NCBI GenBank assembly: GCA_002269645.1
Contig: NIVC01000675.1
Span: 1-51,506 of the forward strand
Origin: Macrostomum lignano
Taxonomy: Eukaryota
Length of the DNA: 51,506 nucleotides
Direction of reading: 5' to 3'
The translations under genes were made by a program, and so were the position numbers. Every line of letters begins with the position of its first letter. Within the stretch, counting starts at the first letter, position 1. The notes under the pieces are model-generated. The model made no database searches and had not been told where the DNA came from. It was given only the letters and a program-made list of their open reading frames with translations. Shown here piece by piece: positions 1 to 11,274 of the stretch.

Positions 1-17
1 TTATTTTGCAATCTTCG

Positions 18-307
18 TCACCTGTTCACTCATTCACCAATTCATTCACTGTCCCAGTCACCTGTTCACTCATTCACCAATTTATTCACTGTCCCAGTCA
101 CCTGTTCACTCATTCTGCAATTCATTCACTGTCCCAGTCACCAGTTCACTCATTCTGCAATTCATTCACTGTCCCAGTCACCTGTTCACTCATTCACCAA
201 TTCATTCACTGTCCCAGTCACCTGTTCACTCATTCACCAATTCATTCACTGTCCCAGTCACCTGTTCACTCATTCACCAATTCATTCACTGTCCCAGTCA
301 CCTGTTC
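18..307. repeat. 40-bp minisatellite (CACCTGTTCACTCATTCACCAATTCATTCACTGTCCCAGT)n, about 7 copies; left part of an array split by a LINE
   Basis: Tandem periodicity of 40 nt is directly visible. The array resumes at 5388. Confidence 0.95.
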
Positions 308-418
308 TTGACTTACTTGACTTAGCTTCAGGGTGGTCCGTAGACACAGCGGGGAGGCGAGGGTCGCCCATTCCGCCAGCCCCTGAAGGCCCGCAGACAG
401 GCAGAGGCGTGGGGCCGG

Positions 419-3400
419 TCAGGGTGGTCCGCCGGTCCGTCCTGCAGCGTGATCTTCCGTGGGGAAGAAACTGGCTCGTCTAGTCGCCCGAAGGAACTGG
501 ATGAGCCGTGGGATGCTGTCGGGCTGGCAGACCTCGTCAATGGACGGGTTCGGCCCGAGGTAGCGTAGCCGGTCTCTGTTAAAGAAGGGGCAGTGACAGA
601 CAAAGTGCTGAGCATCTTCATTGTCGCACTCGCAAAAGGGGCAAATTTCGCTCTCGAGGTCGCCTCGGAGGAAGCAGTGCCTGGCGAGGTAGCCATGGCC
701 GGTAAGGGTCATGACAAGGGCTCGAATATCCTTCCGATTCTGGTTCAGAAGGATGTTTCTGAGCCTGCGAGACGGGCAAGGAACCGCGGCACGAGATTGC
801 CGGCAGTTTTGGGTGCCCGCCCATCTGTCCCTGTGGAGGGAGTCAGCCCAGTCGTCGATCTGACGTTTGATGACTGTCAAGGGCATAGGGACCAGGGGGC
901 AGGGCCGAAGAAAGAGCCAGAGCCGCCCCTCTTGGCGAGGGTGTCTGCCAGCTCGTTCCCCGGAAACCCTGCGTGCCCTGGGATCCACTTCAGCCTGACA
1001 GTATTGCTTCTGGCCAGGAGGTTGAGCTGCCGGGCGCAGTCGGCGACTGTCCGGGAGTTCCTTGTGGTGTGGCAAAGGGCCTGTAAGGCCGCTTGGCTGT
1101 CGGAGTGGATGACAATAGTCTTTCCTCTCGTAACCTTGGCGTTCAGCTCTGCAGCGCAAGAGCTGATGGCAAGGACTTCGTTCTGGAAGACTGTGGAGAG
1201 TCTACCAGTGTGCTGGGCATGCGTGGCAATTACGCGGCCGTTGATGATGATGCAGACCCCAAAGCCGGCGCGACCGTCTTTGATGGATCCGTCCGTGTAA
1301 CAATGGACCTCCTGGAAATTCCAGTGGTCATTGGCAGCATCCCTAGAGGGGATGGTGACCTTGTAGCGCTGAAAGAGGTTGAGAGTGCGGGGTTCGCCGT
1401 CAGATAGGACGTGGAGCCCGCCGCTGTCTCTCAAGTCCTTGAGGCAGAGGTCAGCGTGGGGCAGAAGCTTGCGCTTAGCCATGGCCCTATGGGGCTGGAT
1501 TCGAATGCCAGCGTCAGCTAGACGGCGGGCAGTCTTAGCCGCTTCCCTGCGGACAAAGATGTCCAGCGGAGGAATGTTGAGGAAGGCGTTGAGGCCATCG
1601 TAAGGAGCAGACGGAGGGCGCTCATGATCGTGCGACATGCGCGCCCTTGCGCTCTCCTGAGAGCCTCTAGACAGGTCTTTATCTGCAGGGCGCTAGCCCA
1701 GATCAGGCCGCCATACGAGATAGCGGGCCTAACCATTGCAGTGTAGATCCACCAGAGGCGCTTGGGGGTGAGCCCCCAGGTGGTGCCGACAGCCCTGCGC
1801 AATTGCGCGAGGACTGCGAAGGCCTTTTTGGCTTTTGTTTGAACGTGGGGTGACCAGTTCAGCCTGTGGTCCAGGGTAATACCCAGACATTTAGTCTACT
1901 TGCAGAAGGGGATTTCCCTTCCGTAAAGCGTGAGCGGCCGAATCCGCCACTTGGTCCTGCTGGTGAACATGATCGCTGCGGTCTTAGTCTCAGAGAGCCT
2001 TAAACCACAGCGGTCCGCCCATTGCTCAGCGGCGTAGATAAAGTTCTGAAGAAGGTCCCTGAGGGTATCAGGGGACGGACCAGATGCCACCGCGGTGACA
2101 TCGTCCGCATATCCAACTTTCAGAATGGGGTCAGGCCGAACATCCCGGAGGAGCTCATCGATGACCATATTCCAGAGAACTGGAGACAGCACCCCACCTT
2201 GCGGGCTACCTTTGCAGACGGGGACCGTCCTCTGGTAGCCCAGCAGACTGGCGGTGGCCGTGCGATGGCTGATCATGTACATGATCCATCTGGTGAGATG
2301 TGAGTGCGTTTGCCTCTCACAAAGAGCTCTTCGGAACGCCTCAAAAAGGACGTTATCGAAGGCGCCAATGATGTCCAGGAAGATCCCCAGAGCAAAGCCA
2401 TTACCAAGCACGGCCTTCTCGAGTTTATCGACCAGGACGTGCAGCGCGCTTTCAGTGGAGCGACCCGCCCGAAAAGCGTGCTGGTTCTCGCTGAGAGGTT
2501 TGTTCTTCAGCTCAACAGAGAGAAGGCGCCAAAGCACCAGTCTCTCCATCAGCTTGACCAGGGAGGAGGTCAAGCTGATCGGTCTGAAGGATTTGATAGA
2601 ATGGTAGTCCGGGCGGCCTGGCTTAGGGATTAAGATCACCTTTGCCTCGGTCCATGCCTGTGGGACATAACCAAGCGTGATGCATGCCCGAAGAAGGCTG
2701 CAAAGTTTGCGCAGGAAGCCTGGGCATTCAACCGCCTCTCTTAGGAGGGCCGGTACAATGCCGTCGGGTCCTGGGGCTTTGAAAGGCTTGAAGGAATTTG
2801 CCGCTCTCACGATGCGGTCCTCCGTGATGATAGAGGCAGCCAGCGCGTGACCTCCCTCCGAGTGATCCGGAGTGGTCTGGTTAGCTGGCTCGTTGGGGGA
2901 AAAACGCAGTGAGCATTACATCAAGCGTTTCCCCTGGGTTGTCCGTGGACGTACCGTCGGTGCGTTTGACCGAGGAGAGCTTAGACATTTTGTCCAGCGT
3001 GAGCGCTTTCACAACTCTGGAGGTGGGGCGTGAGCCCTCTAGCTCCTCACAGTATTGTCGCCATTTTTGAGCCTTTGCATTCCTAACCTGCCTTTTAAAC
3101 TCATGGATTGCTTCATGATAGGCGGTTTGGTCCGCTGGGCTCTTAGTTTTAGTTGCTCTGCGGTGGAGTCTCTTAGCCCTGCGACGGAGGTTGCCGAGCT
3201 CGGGATTCCACCACGGCGCCGATTTTTTCCCTTTATAGGCTTTTAAAGGGCAGGACGCCTCAAAGGCGGCGGTTAGCGTCTCTTTCAAAACAGTCGCGCA
3301 CTCATCCGCCTCTCGGCCGACGTGATCGTGGATGGTTGGCCAGGAGACCGATGGAATTAATTCAGGGCGAGCCCGAAGGTTTCCCAATCAGTATTTCTGG

Positions 3401-4121
3401 CGTTCCGTCTCCACGTAACACGAGTTGCGCTACGCGCGGCCATTAGGTTGAAGGAGATGAACTTGTGATCCGAGAGTGAGGACACTGGAAGCACCCGCCA
3501 CGCCCCAATACTCTGGTAGAGTCTGGGCGTTGCGAGCGTAGCGTCGATCACCTCCGACCACCGTCCGTTGTCAAAGGTAGGGGTGGACCCAGAGTTGCAG
3601 AACTCGAGGGTCGTAGAGGCAACGTAGGCTAGGAGGTCTTCGCCTCTCTGATTAATGCCAGTGCTGCCCCAGTGAGTGTGGTGGGCGTTGATGTCGCCGG
3701 CAACCATTAGCTCGTAGTTTTTGGCAGAGCAGAGCTCTACCAGCGTAGCGAGGGCTCTGGGGACGACCGCAGCATCGCCTGGTAGGTAAACCGAGGCAAT
3801 GAGGGTGGTCTTCCCAGTAAGAAGGTCCTCGGATTGGATGACGCAGATGTCCCTGTTGGACAGGTCCGATCTGAGCCACGCACTGAGCGTTTTGCTCGCA
3901 AAGATGCAAGCTCTGGGAGGCTGGTTGGCCTCGCGAGGGTAAGTATAAAAACAATTGTAGCCAGCAGGGGCGTTTTGAGGCTTACCTCTGAGAGTCCAGG
4001 GTTCCTGGACGAGGATGAGCCCCGGCTTGTCGAGCTCGGCGTAACGCATAAGGTTGACCGAGGCTGCGACGCAGTGCTGCAGATTAATCTGCAGGCAATG
4101 GATTCCCTGGTTGCTGATCAT
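419..4121 (-). pseudogene. LINE ORF2 (endonuclease-reverse transcriptase-RNase H), disrupted
   Basis: Domains are spread over ORFs 3357-4127, 2881-3387, 1896-2810, 1518-1802, 877-1638 and 419-1159. Frameshifts lie near 3370, 2885, 1620 and 895, with an in-frame TAG at 1896-1898. Confidence 0.9.
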
Positions 4122-4123
4122 TA

Positions 4124-5387
4124 TCACGCAGTTGGGGAATCGTTGAGCAGGTCATCCTCCTCCTTTTCAGTGGTGGGTGATCCGCAGACCTCCATGGGAG
4201 TTTCAGCGTCCTCAGCAGTTAGGGTGGCTGTGGAGTCCTCCGCGGACGTGAGCCCAGCGTGGACGTTACCGTCGCCTCCCCTGCGTGCTTCGGTGCTGTC
4301 ACTGCCCGTCCCCTTTGCCTCGTCGGTCAGGTCGATGCGGGTGGCGCCAGCCTCCTGGTGAGTCACAGACTCGAACCAGTCGGTCGGAGCCTCCCCGCTT
4401 AGAGTCTGGCCTTCTGGCTGTTGGGGTGGAGCGCGAGAAGCGCGGGCCCGCTCACGATGCGCACGAAGGTTCTTGGCCTGGTCCAGCGCGCGCTGGATCA
4501 GGCCGGACCTCCGGGTGCTCCTGGCGGGTCTGCGATTGCGACTTCCGGTTTCAGCAGCGCGAACTACCTTACCGGGCATAGGATCGGCCGTTTGCCTCGG
4601 CTTCTTTGCCGAAGGAGCCTGGGCCCCAGTTCCGGTTTCGGAAGCCTTGGCATTCTTGGCTTCATCAGCTTTCCGCTCCTCGCAGCGGAGGATGGTCAGC
4701 TGAGTCAGACCAATATGAATTGTGGACTTAGGCGGCAAGCGCTTAGCCCAGTCATCAGAGAGCCCTAGGATCACCGTAGCCCCCTTCTCCTTGCGGGAAG
4801 TGGCGTGGTGTAGGAGCCCGTTGACCTCAAGCTCGGGGTGCAGCTTTAGCAATTTTTGCCTAAGCTGATCTCCGGACTTAATGGCACTGCCGGCCGGGAT
4901 CCAGACGCGAAAGCGCTGGGTCTTTTGTCGCTCGCCCTCGCTGGCGAAGACGAGCTTGCCGAGCTTCTTGGGCCAGTTCAGCTTTGGCAGAAGCTCGCGT
5001 AGATTGCGGCTGCTCTCCTCCGAGCTGCACCAGATGAAGATGCAGCCGTCGGTCTTGGCAGACTTGACCACGCTCACAGGGCGGCCCGCCAGGAGCTGGT
5101 CGATGAGCGCAGCATCGATGGTGCGCCAGGCACTGTCGAGCTCGTCGGCCGTGAGGTCCTGCTCTTCCCCGAAGACGATGACCGCCGGTTGGAGCTTGAC
5201 CTTTGAGGCGTAGTTGGTGGCGGCGGTTCCCGAAGGCCCGGCCGCGCTTGTAGCAGGTATACTGGGTGGCTCACCAGCGGGGGTTGTATCCTGGGGGGCA
5301 GGGGTTGCTGTGGTTCCTTTCGGCCCAACAGCAGCCTCGCCCTCCCTAGGTTCCCCCTCCGCCGGTGGCCGGCCCGCAGTACCCCGT
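4124..5387 (-). CDS. LINE ORF1 (gag-like nucleic-acid-binding protein), N-terminally truncated
   Basis: The frame of ORF 4124-5077 stays open upstream to the 5387 junction. It is homologous to ORF1 at 18267 (YA..K.QPAV motif, R.R.W.PA.S, ILGLSD.W). Confidence 0.8.
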
Positions 5388-5560
5388 AGTCACCTGATCA
5401 CTCATTCACCAATTCATTCACTGTCCCAGTCACCTGTTCACTCATTCTGCAATTCATTCACTGTCCCAGTCACCTGTTCACTCATTCACCAATTCATTCA
5501 CTGTCCCAGTCACCTGTTCACTCATTCACCAATTCATTCACTGTCCCAGTCACCTGTTCA
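5388..5560. repeat. 40-bp minisatellite, right part of the split array (about 4 copies)
   Basis: Same unit as 18-307. Confidence 0.95.
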
Positions 5561-5665
5561 TATATTTTGTCATAACTAGCCAGCTATCACGGTTATGTGG
5601 TTTTTCAGCAGTGCATTTTTGTTTTGTGATTCAAATAGTTATTTTTATTACCTAATTGTTGTTAG

Positions 5666-7152
5666 ATCAACGAATATTTGCCGGCTCAGAGCTTCGGTCC
5701 GCTGAAGGAAACAGTCAGCGTCCTGCAGAAGGTGGCTACGTTTCTGCGAGCCTATAGGTTGCAAGACGTTGCTGCTTCTGGGCTCCAACTTGATTTAGAA
5801 AGTTTCGGCGCGTGCTGCACCCTGTGGATGAAATACTACCTTCGAAGAAAGAAAGTTTACGAGGCTCGCCGCAGGGTAAGCAAATTTAACATGTTACAAT
5901 CACTCGCATTAAAGTGCAAAAAATTATTTTTAAAGAAGTACACTACACTGGAGCTAGCGATGTCCTCGCAGGGTTTCACTAAAGTATTTATTAAACATTT
6001 TTAGACTTTTAAGAGCAAACTTAAAGACGTTGTTAATTGTACGGTCGCGGACGGCATCAGATGGCTCGAGGATCCCGACAAGGAACTAAAGGTGAGTGGA
6101 AATAATGACCAGAATTTTTATCAAGTGCTAAACTTCCGTTAGGAATGACCAGAAAACCAATTAGCACCCTGCCGCCATCTTCCCACTGACTTTATTCAGG
6201 CCTACTGTCTTTACCTCTAACCGTGTACTCAGTCATCAACCTAACTAATAAAAAACCATTCATTGTTAATGACAACAAACTGTTCTATATCAGTAACAAA
6301 CCTAATTAAGTTACATTATTTCGAAATTGTAACGACAGCAAAACGTCCCTTTCTTCAGGTGGAAAGCCACAAGACGGACTCCGAATACGGCTCCGCCAAG
6401 ATAAACGTGAGCGAGTGTCGCCAGCTGCTTCAGCGGGTCGTTGAAGAACGTGTCAAAGAAGGCCCTACGGAGCCTCTGCTTCGAATTCCCTATGGCGATT
6501 TCGGCAGACTATTTGCGGCTTACAGAGAAAAGTTCAACCCGATTCTCAGTGGCGTCACACACACAGACTTCCGCAAATTTGTCAAGACTAGGGTAAGTTT
6601 CTACACTTTCGTCTAAACGACAATATAATTTTGCCTATTCTCTGACTTAGTCACATTCTTAGGCAATAAGGGTTCACTCATTCAACAATGCATTCACTTT
6701 CCCAGTCATCTATTCACTCATTTAGCAATGCACTCACTCTCCCGATCACCTGTTCACTCTCCCGATCACCTGTTCACTCATTCAGCAATGCGTTCACTCT
6801 CCCGATCACCTGTTCACTCATTCAGCAATGCGTTCACTCTCCCGATCACCTGTTCACTCATTCAGCAATGCGTTCACTCTGCCGATCCCCCTGTTCACTC
6901 ATTCAGCAATTCAGTCACATTTAGCGTCATCAGGTCACTTATTTATCTTGAAGAAAAAAGGCGACAGTTTATAAGTTTCTTTAATGAAACAATAAAAAAT
7001 TATAGGGTCTACTGGAAGGACACGACCTGAAAGTCCTTGGTAACCGCCTGAACCACAGCACCGAGGTTGCCATGGCACACTACCAGGTTCACACGGATGC
7101 GTATCGGCGTGCCGGGCCCGTATCGTTGATAAAATCATTTCGGCCGCTATAA
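5666..7152 (+). CDS. Spliced tyrosine recombinase gene (Crypton-like); 5' exons not resolved; possibly decayed
   Basis: Exons bounded by AG/GT in phase 0: 5666-5875, 6014-6091, 6359-6592 and 7006-7152. Joining 6592 to 7006 gives V.SHKT.SEYGSA...THTDFRKFVKTR|GLLEGHDLKVLGNRLNHSTEVAMAHYQ, matching the YR catalytic Lys, box-II Arg, His and Tyr. The box-I Arg region (6092-6358) is unresolved. Confidence 0.7.
6675..6915. repeat. 40-bp minisatellite (CACCTGTTCACTCATTCAGCAATGCGTTCACTCTCCCGAT)n, related to the 18-5560 array, inside the last recombinase intron
   Basis: TTCAGCAATG recurs at 6781, 6821 and 6861. Shares CACCTGTTCACTCATTCA with the first array. Confidence 0.9.
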
Positions 7153-7639
7153 AAAGAGTAAGTTTTTCAGTTTTTAAGACTCTTCGGGTTATAATGATAT
7201 AATAATATACGTGTACGTATAATAGTTTTACATACCATAGTCACATAAAGTACGTATAATAGCTTTTAAAAATTTGTATTTTAAATAATCTAACTATTTA
7301 GATTACTACTTAACTAATGAACCTTTTCGAATTTTCTATAAACTTTTCAATTGTCCGTTTAATTTTTAGCTCACTGTAAATAACTAAATTTTACCTGCCC
7401 CTGATCACTAAATTTTGCTTCAGTGTTTGCAAAGCATTGTAAAATTTTCTTCCTACAAACGGTCTATCCTTTTGCTCTCTTTCTTACTTAGTTTTTGCAT
7501 TTTTGCTTTTCTGTTTGCTTGCTTTTGCTCTAAGCAAGTAAATAAGAATAAAATCTCTTACAATACATGCGAAATAGAAAGCCCAGAATGAATAGTTCAA
7601 ATACGACCTGTTAATAGTTCTTATCATTTAACAAATATT

Positions 7640-8533
7640 AAGTGCATGTAATAGTGTCCGAATAGATGGGCCAGCTATATTGGAGCAAAGTGCATGTAAT
7701 AGTGTCCGAATAGATGGGCCAGCTATATTGGAGCAAAGTGCATGTAATAGTGTCCGAATAGATGGGCCAGCTATATTGGAGCAAAGTGCATGTAATAGTG
7801 TCCGAATAGATGGGCCAGCTATATTGGAGCAAAGTGCATGTAATAGTGTCCGAATAGATGGGCCAGCTATATTGGAGCAAAGTGCATGTAATAGTGTCCG
7901 AATAGATGGGCCAGCTATATTGGAGCAAAGTGCATGTAATAGTGTCCGAATAGATGGGCCAGCTATATTGGAGCAAAGTGCATGTAATAGTGTCCGAATA
8001 GATGGGCCAGCTATATTGGAGCAAAGTGCATGTAATAGTGTCCGAATAGATGGGCCAGCTATATTGGAGCAAAGTGCATGTAATAGTGTCCGAATAGATG
8101 GGCCAGCTATATTGGAGCAAAGTGCATGTAATAGTGTCCGAATAGATGGGCCAGCTATATTGGAGCAAAGTGCATGTAATAGTGTCCGAATAGATGGGCC
8201 AGCTATATTGGAGCAAAGTGCATGTAATAGTGTCCGAATAGATGGGCCAGCTATATTGGAGCAAAGTGCATGTAATAGTGTCCGAATAGATGGGCCAGCT
8301 ATATTGGAGCAAAGTGCATGTAATAGTGTCCGAATAGATGGGCCAGCTATATTGGAGCAAAGTGCATGTAATAGTGTCCGAATAGATGGGCCAGCTATAT
8401 TGGAGCAAAGTGCATGTAATAGTGTCCGAATAGATGGGCCAGCTATATTGGAGCAAAGTGCATGTAATAGTGTCCGAATAGATGGGCCAGCTATATTGGA
8501 GCAAAGTGCATGTAATAGTGTCCGACTAGATGG
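7640..8533. repeat. 48-bp tandem repeat (AAGTGCATGTAATAGTGTCCGAATAGATGGGCCAGCTATATTGGAGCA), 18 identical copies plus a partial copy
   Basis: Exact 48-nt periodicity from 7640 to 8503, then a degenerate partial unit. No spacers. Confidence 0.97.
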
Positions 8534-11274
8534 GCAGGCTGTAGTAATAGTGTCCAGATTAAGTGGTATCTTTTTCCAGGATACACTCAAGTTTCAGTAT
8601 CCCTTGATGACATGGATGTCAACCTTCAAATTTGTACTTTAAAGGTGTAGCAAGTTAGCAACAATGCAATGTATTTAAAAAGTGAAATGGACATTAGTGA
8701 TTAGTTTACATGTAAGATCAGTGAGGTAGACCCTAATATAAGCTCTGTTATTTAGCAAGTTCTTCGTAAGCAAGTTTGAATTTTAATGATCAAATTTTGA
8801 GCACCCTGCCTCCCCTTTGTCTAGTGTCCATTGAATAAATTTTGAAGTCTCAGATGTCTGACTCAGTTAAAACATACCGGTATTTAAAGATCCCAGATGA
8901 AATTTAATAGCTTATAATAACATGCCCGACTTTGTTACACCGCACAGAGCCCACCAGGTCAAGTTTGAACCAGCCAGCTGTTCAGAAGTTATCGAGCAAA
9001 CGAGCACTCCAACAGACACAGTCCTCTAAATTTTTAGTAATTTTGTTGACTACAAAAAACGTGTAAAAATAACGTGTACGGTCGGGGCAAGGCTCTCGGG
9101 TTTTTATTTCTTGAGCTGTTTCCAAATCATAGGGAATGTGTAAGCAGTACTGTGAGCAATTTGTATGCAATTCTCACCTGCTGTGTGTTTAGCCGAATCA
9201 GAAAATTTTAAACACGATGCATAATACTACTAGTAGTTTTTTGGCATATCAAATATCAACCGAGAAATTCTGAATTATTTTTGCATGTAGTTTTGTCCGC
9301 ATCATGCATTCTGGTGCTCCCGAAGCTGCTCCCTATTTCCATGCAATTTTATCCCAACCCTGCAATTGCCTGCTCGAGAGGGACCAGACAGCCGCAGAAG
9401 ACACCGATAATGCTGGAGACTGCGCAGGCTACCGAGCTGTTCGGCCCGTTGCTCAAGCATTTCAGCTGCAGCAGGGAAACCAGCCTCTCATAGAATGCGT
9501 ACTGCGGAAGCGGCGACACCGGAGTTGAGTTCAACATCGCGCTGCTCTCCAACCCGTCCGAGCCGAGAGCTCAGGGGTTTGAAGGGAGCGGTAGGTCGTT
9601 TTATAAACCATCGCAATTCGCACCTTTTGCCCGCAGGCGCTGTTAATACAACCAAGCAGCTCATTTCACTGCCAGCCTGTCTGGGACAGTGACGCGGTAA
9701 AAGAGAGATGAATGCAAGTAATGACGAAAATTTGCTTCAACAAGGCAGCCAAATTTGAGATAAACAAAATTTATACAGAGAGCCACTTCAATCTTCTTGA
9801 TTTTCCGTAATTAGGAGTAGTTAAAAGACTAGTTAAAAGAGGCCAGTTAATGAAATAATAGTCTTTAGACAACCGATTGTCTCGTCATAAAATTGCCTTC
9901 CAAATTAGGATCAGATTACCGCCCCAATGGTCAGATCGAAGTTGTCGGAAGTCTAGAAGATGTTTTGAACTTAATCTTCTTATTCTCCTACTTAAAAGTA
10001 GTGAGCGCAGTCATAGCGGAGCAAGTAGAAGAAATTCGAAAGAATCGCAGTGAATTCCATTAGTACAATAGCTTTGCCAACATCTCGCGTACGTTAAAAT
10101 CGCTGTAATTGACAGCTCAAACGAATACAAGTTATAAAAGTGTGGACTTCTGTTTATCGCTACAAGTCAACCTGCAAACAAAAATGCGTAGCTTGAAAAC
10201 TACCGTTGGTGCTAGGTAGTAGCTATGGTGAAGACTCGCAGACGCGACAGCCATAAGGCCGCTGTACAATCCTAACCCACCAATTGCACGGCTTTTCCGT
10301 GGATTTACCTATACAAGGTACAACCACGTGGACCGACTTGGTCAGGCAGGAGATACAAAACAACTTTTATTCTGGAGTTTCGTTTTAGGCAAAAAAAGTC
10401 ACTATTCTTTCACCTGCACTCTAACCAAGTAGTCGCAATTTTTTTTCTAAATGTAAGTCAGATTAAGAGTAATGATAATTTTTTAAGACACTTATTCTGC
10501 ATAGTTTCAGCAATTTTCAACTCTTAATGATCCTAGAGGGTAAGGAATTAACTGGTTAATTAAATACGTATCACATGTAAGCTCAGGTGCTTTACACTGA
10601 GTCTAAGCTCAGGTGCTTTACACTGAGTCTTTCACGTGCAGCATTAGTCACGTTTATACAGTGCAATTATTCGACAGGGGCCTATAGAAAAAAACGGTTG
10701 CAATCCTGAATGTGATAGAATTGGAACATTTACTATAGTATATTTTGGCTAATCCATGGAATTGCCATGGAATTTCCACAGAAATTATATTTAAAAAATC
10801 ATGAGCTTACATAAATCCGTCTGGAGTCCGTCTAAATGCACATTGAACTCTGCAGAATCTCAGAGGTTAATAGGTGGATAGTCTAATTCCCAAATGGAAT
10901 AACTTAACTTACTCTAACTAGCTATAATCTGTTGAGAATAAGAGCATTCGTTCATGTATAAAAGGATTGAATAAGCGGAAATTGTGCTTCTTATGAACTC
11001 AGTAAGCTTTTAAATGTAACTTTCATCATTTGTAGCAAACCACAGTTGCAAAACAATTGATAAAAGTTTTTTTCGCTGCCAATTATGGTCTGACACATGG
11101 CACTGTTGTATTTGTATTGTCCTCCAGGAATACCCGAGGAATTGCCGCGGATTTGCCTCCATACTAACCACAAATTGAGTAAATAGAACCAACTTCGCCC
11201 GCAATGTTTTTTTTTCTTTTTTTTCTTCCGAATAATTAAAGTAATTTGTCTTGAACTCCCAAAGTAGCTGTCAA

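Larger units (their letters stand above)
308..5387 (-). mobile_element. Non-LTR retrotransposon (LINE), APE-RT-RNaseH type, LOA-clade-like, 5'-truncated and decayed
   Basis: Minus strand carries ORF1 then ORF2 with APE (VQEPW, GDINAHH, SDHKFI), RT (KAPGPDG, FRPISLTS, GSPQGGVLSP, YADD), RNase H (YTDGS, SDSQAAL, WIPGH) and a C-terminal CxxC..HxxxxC motif. 3' tail is (TAAGTCAAG)-type. Putative 12-bp TSD at 296-307 and 5388-5399 with 1 mismatch. The clade call is from motif memory. Confidence 0.92.

Noticed and set aside
6-311. ORFs over the 40-bp minisatellite (also 5214-5579 and 6688-7030)
   Set aside because: Translations of tandem repeats with no domain content.
7628-8642. 288-320-aa ORFs on both strands; CRISPR-like appearance
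   Set aside because: These are by-products of a stop-free 48-bp repeat. Units are contiguous with no unique spacers, there are no cas genes, and the context is eukaryotic.
9281-9692. GC-rich coding-like island with several short ORFs
   Set aside because: No recognisable motif or consistent splice structure in any frame.
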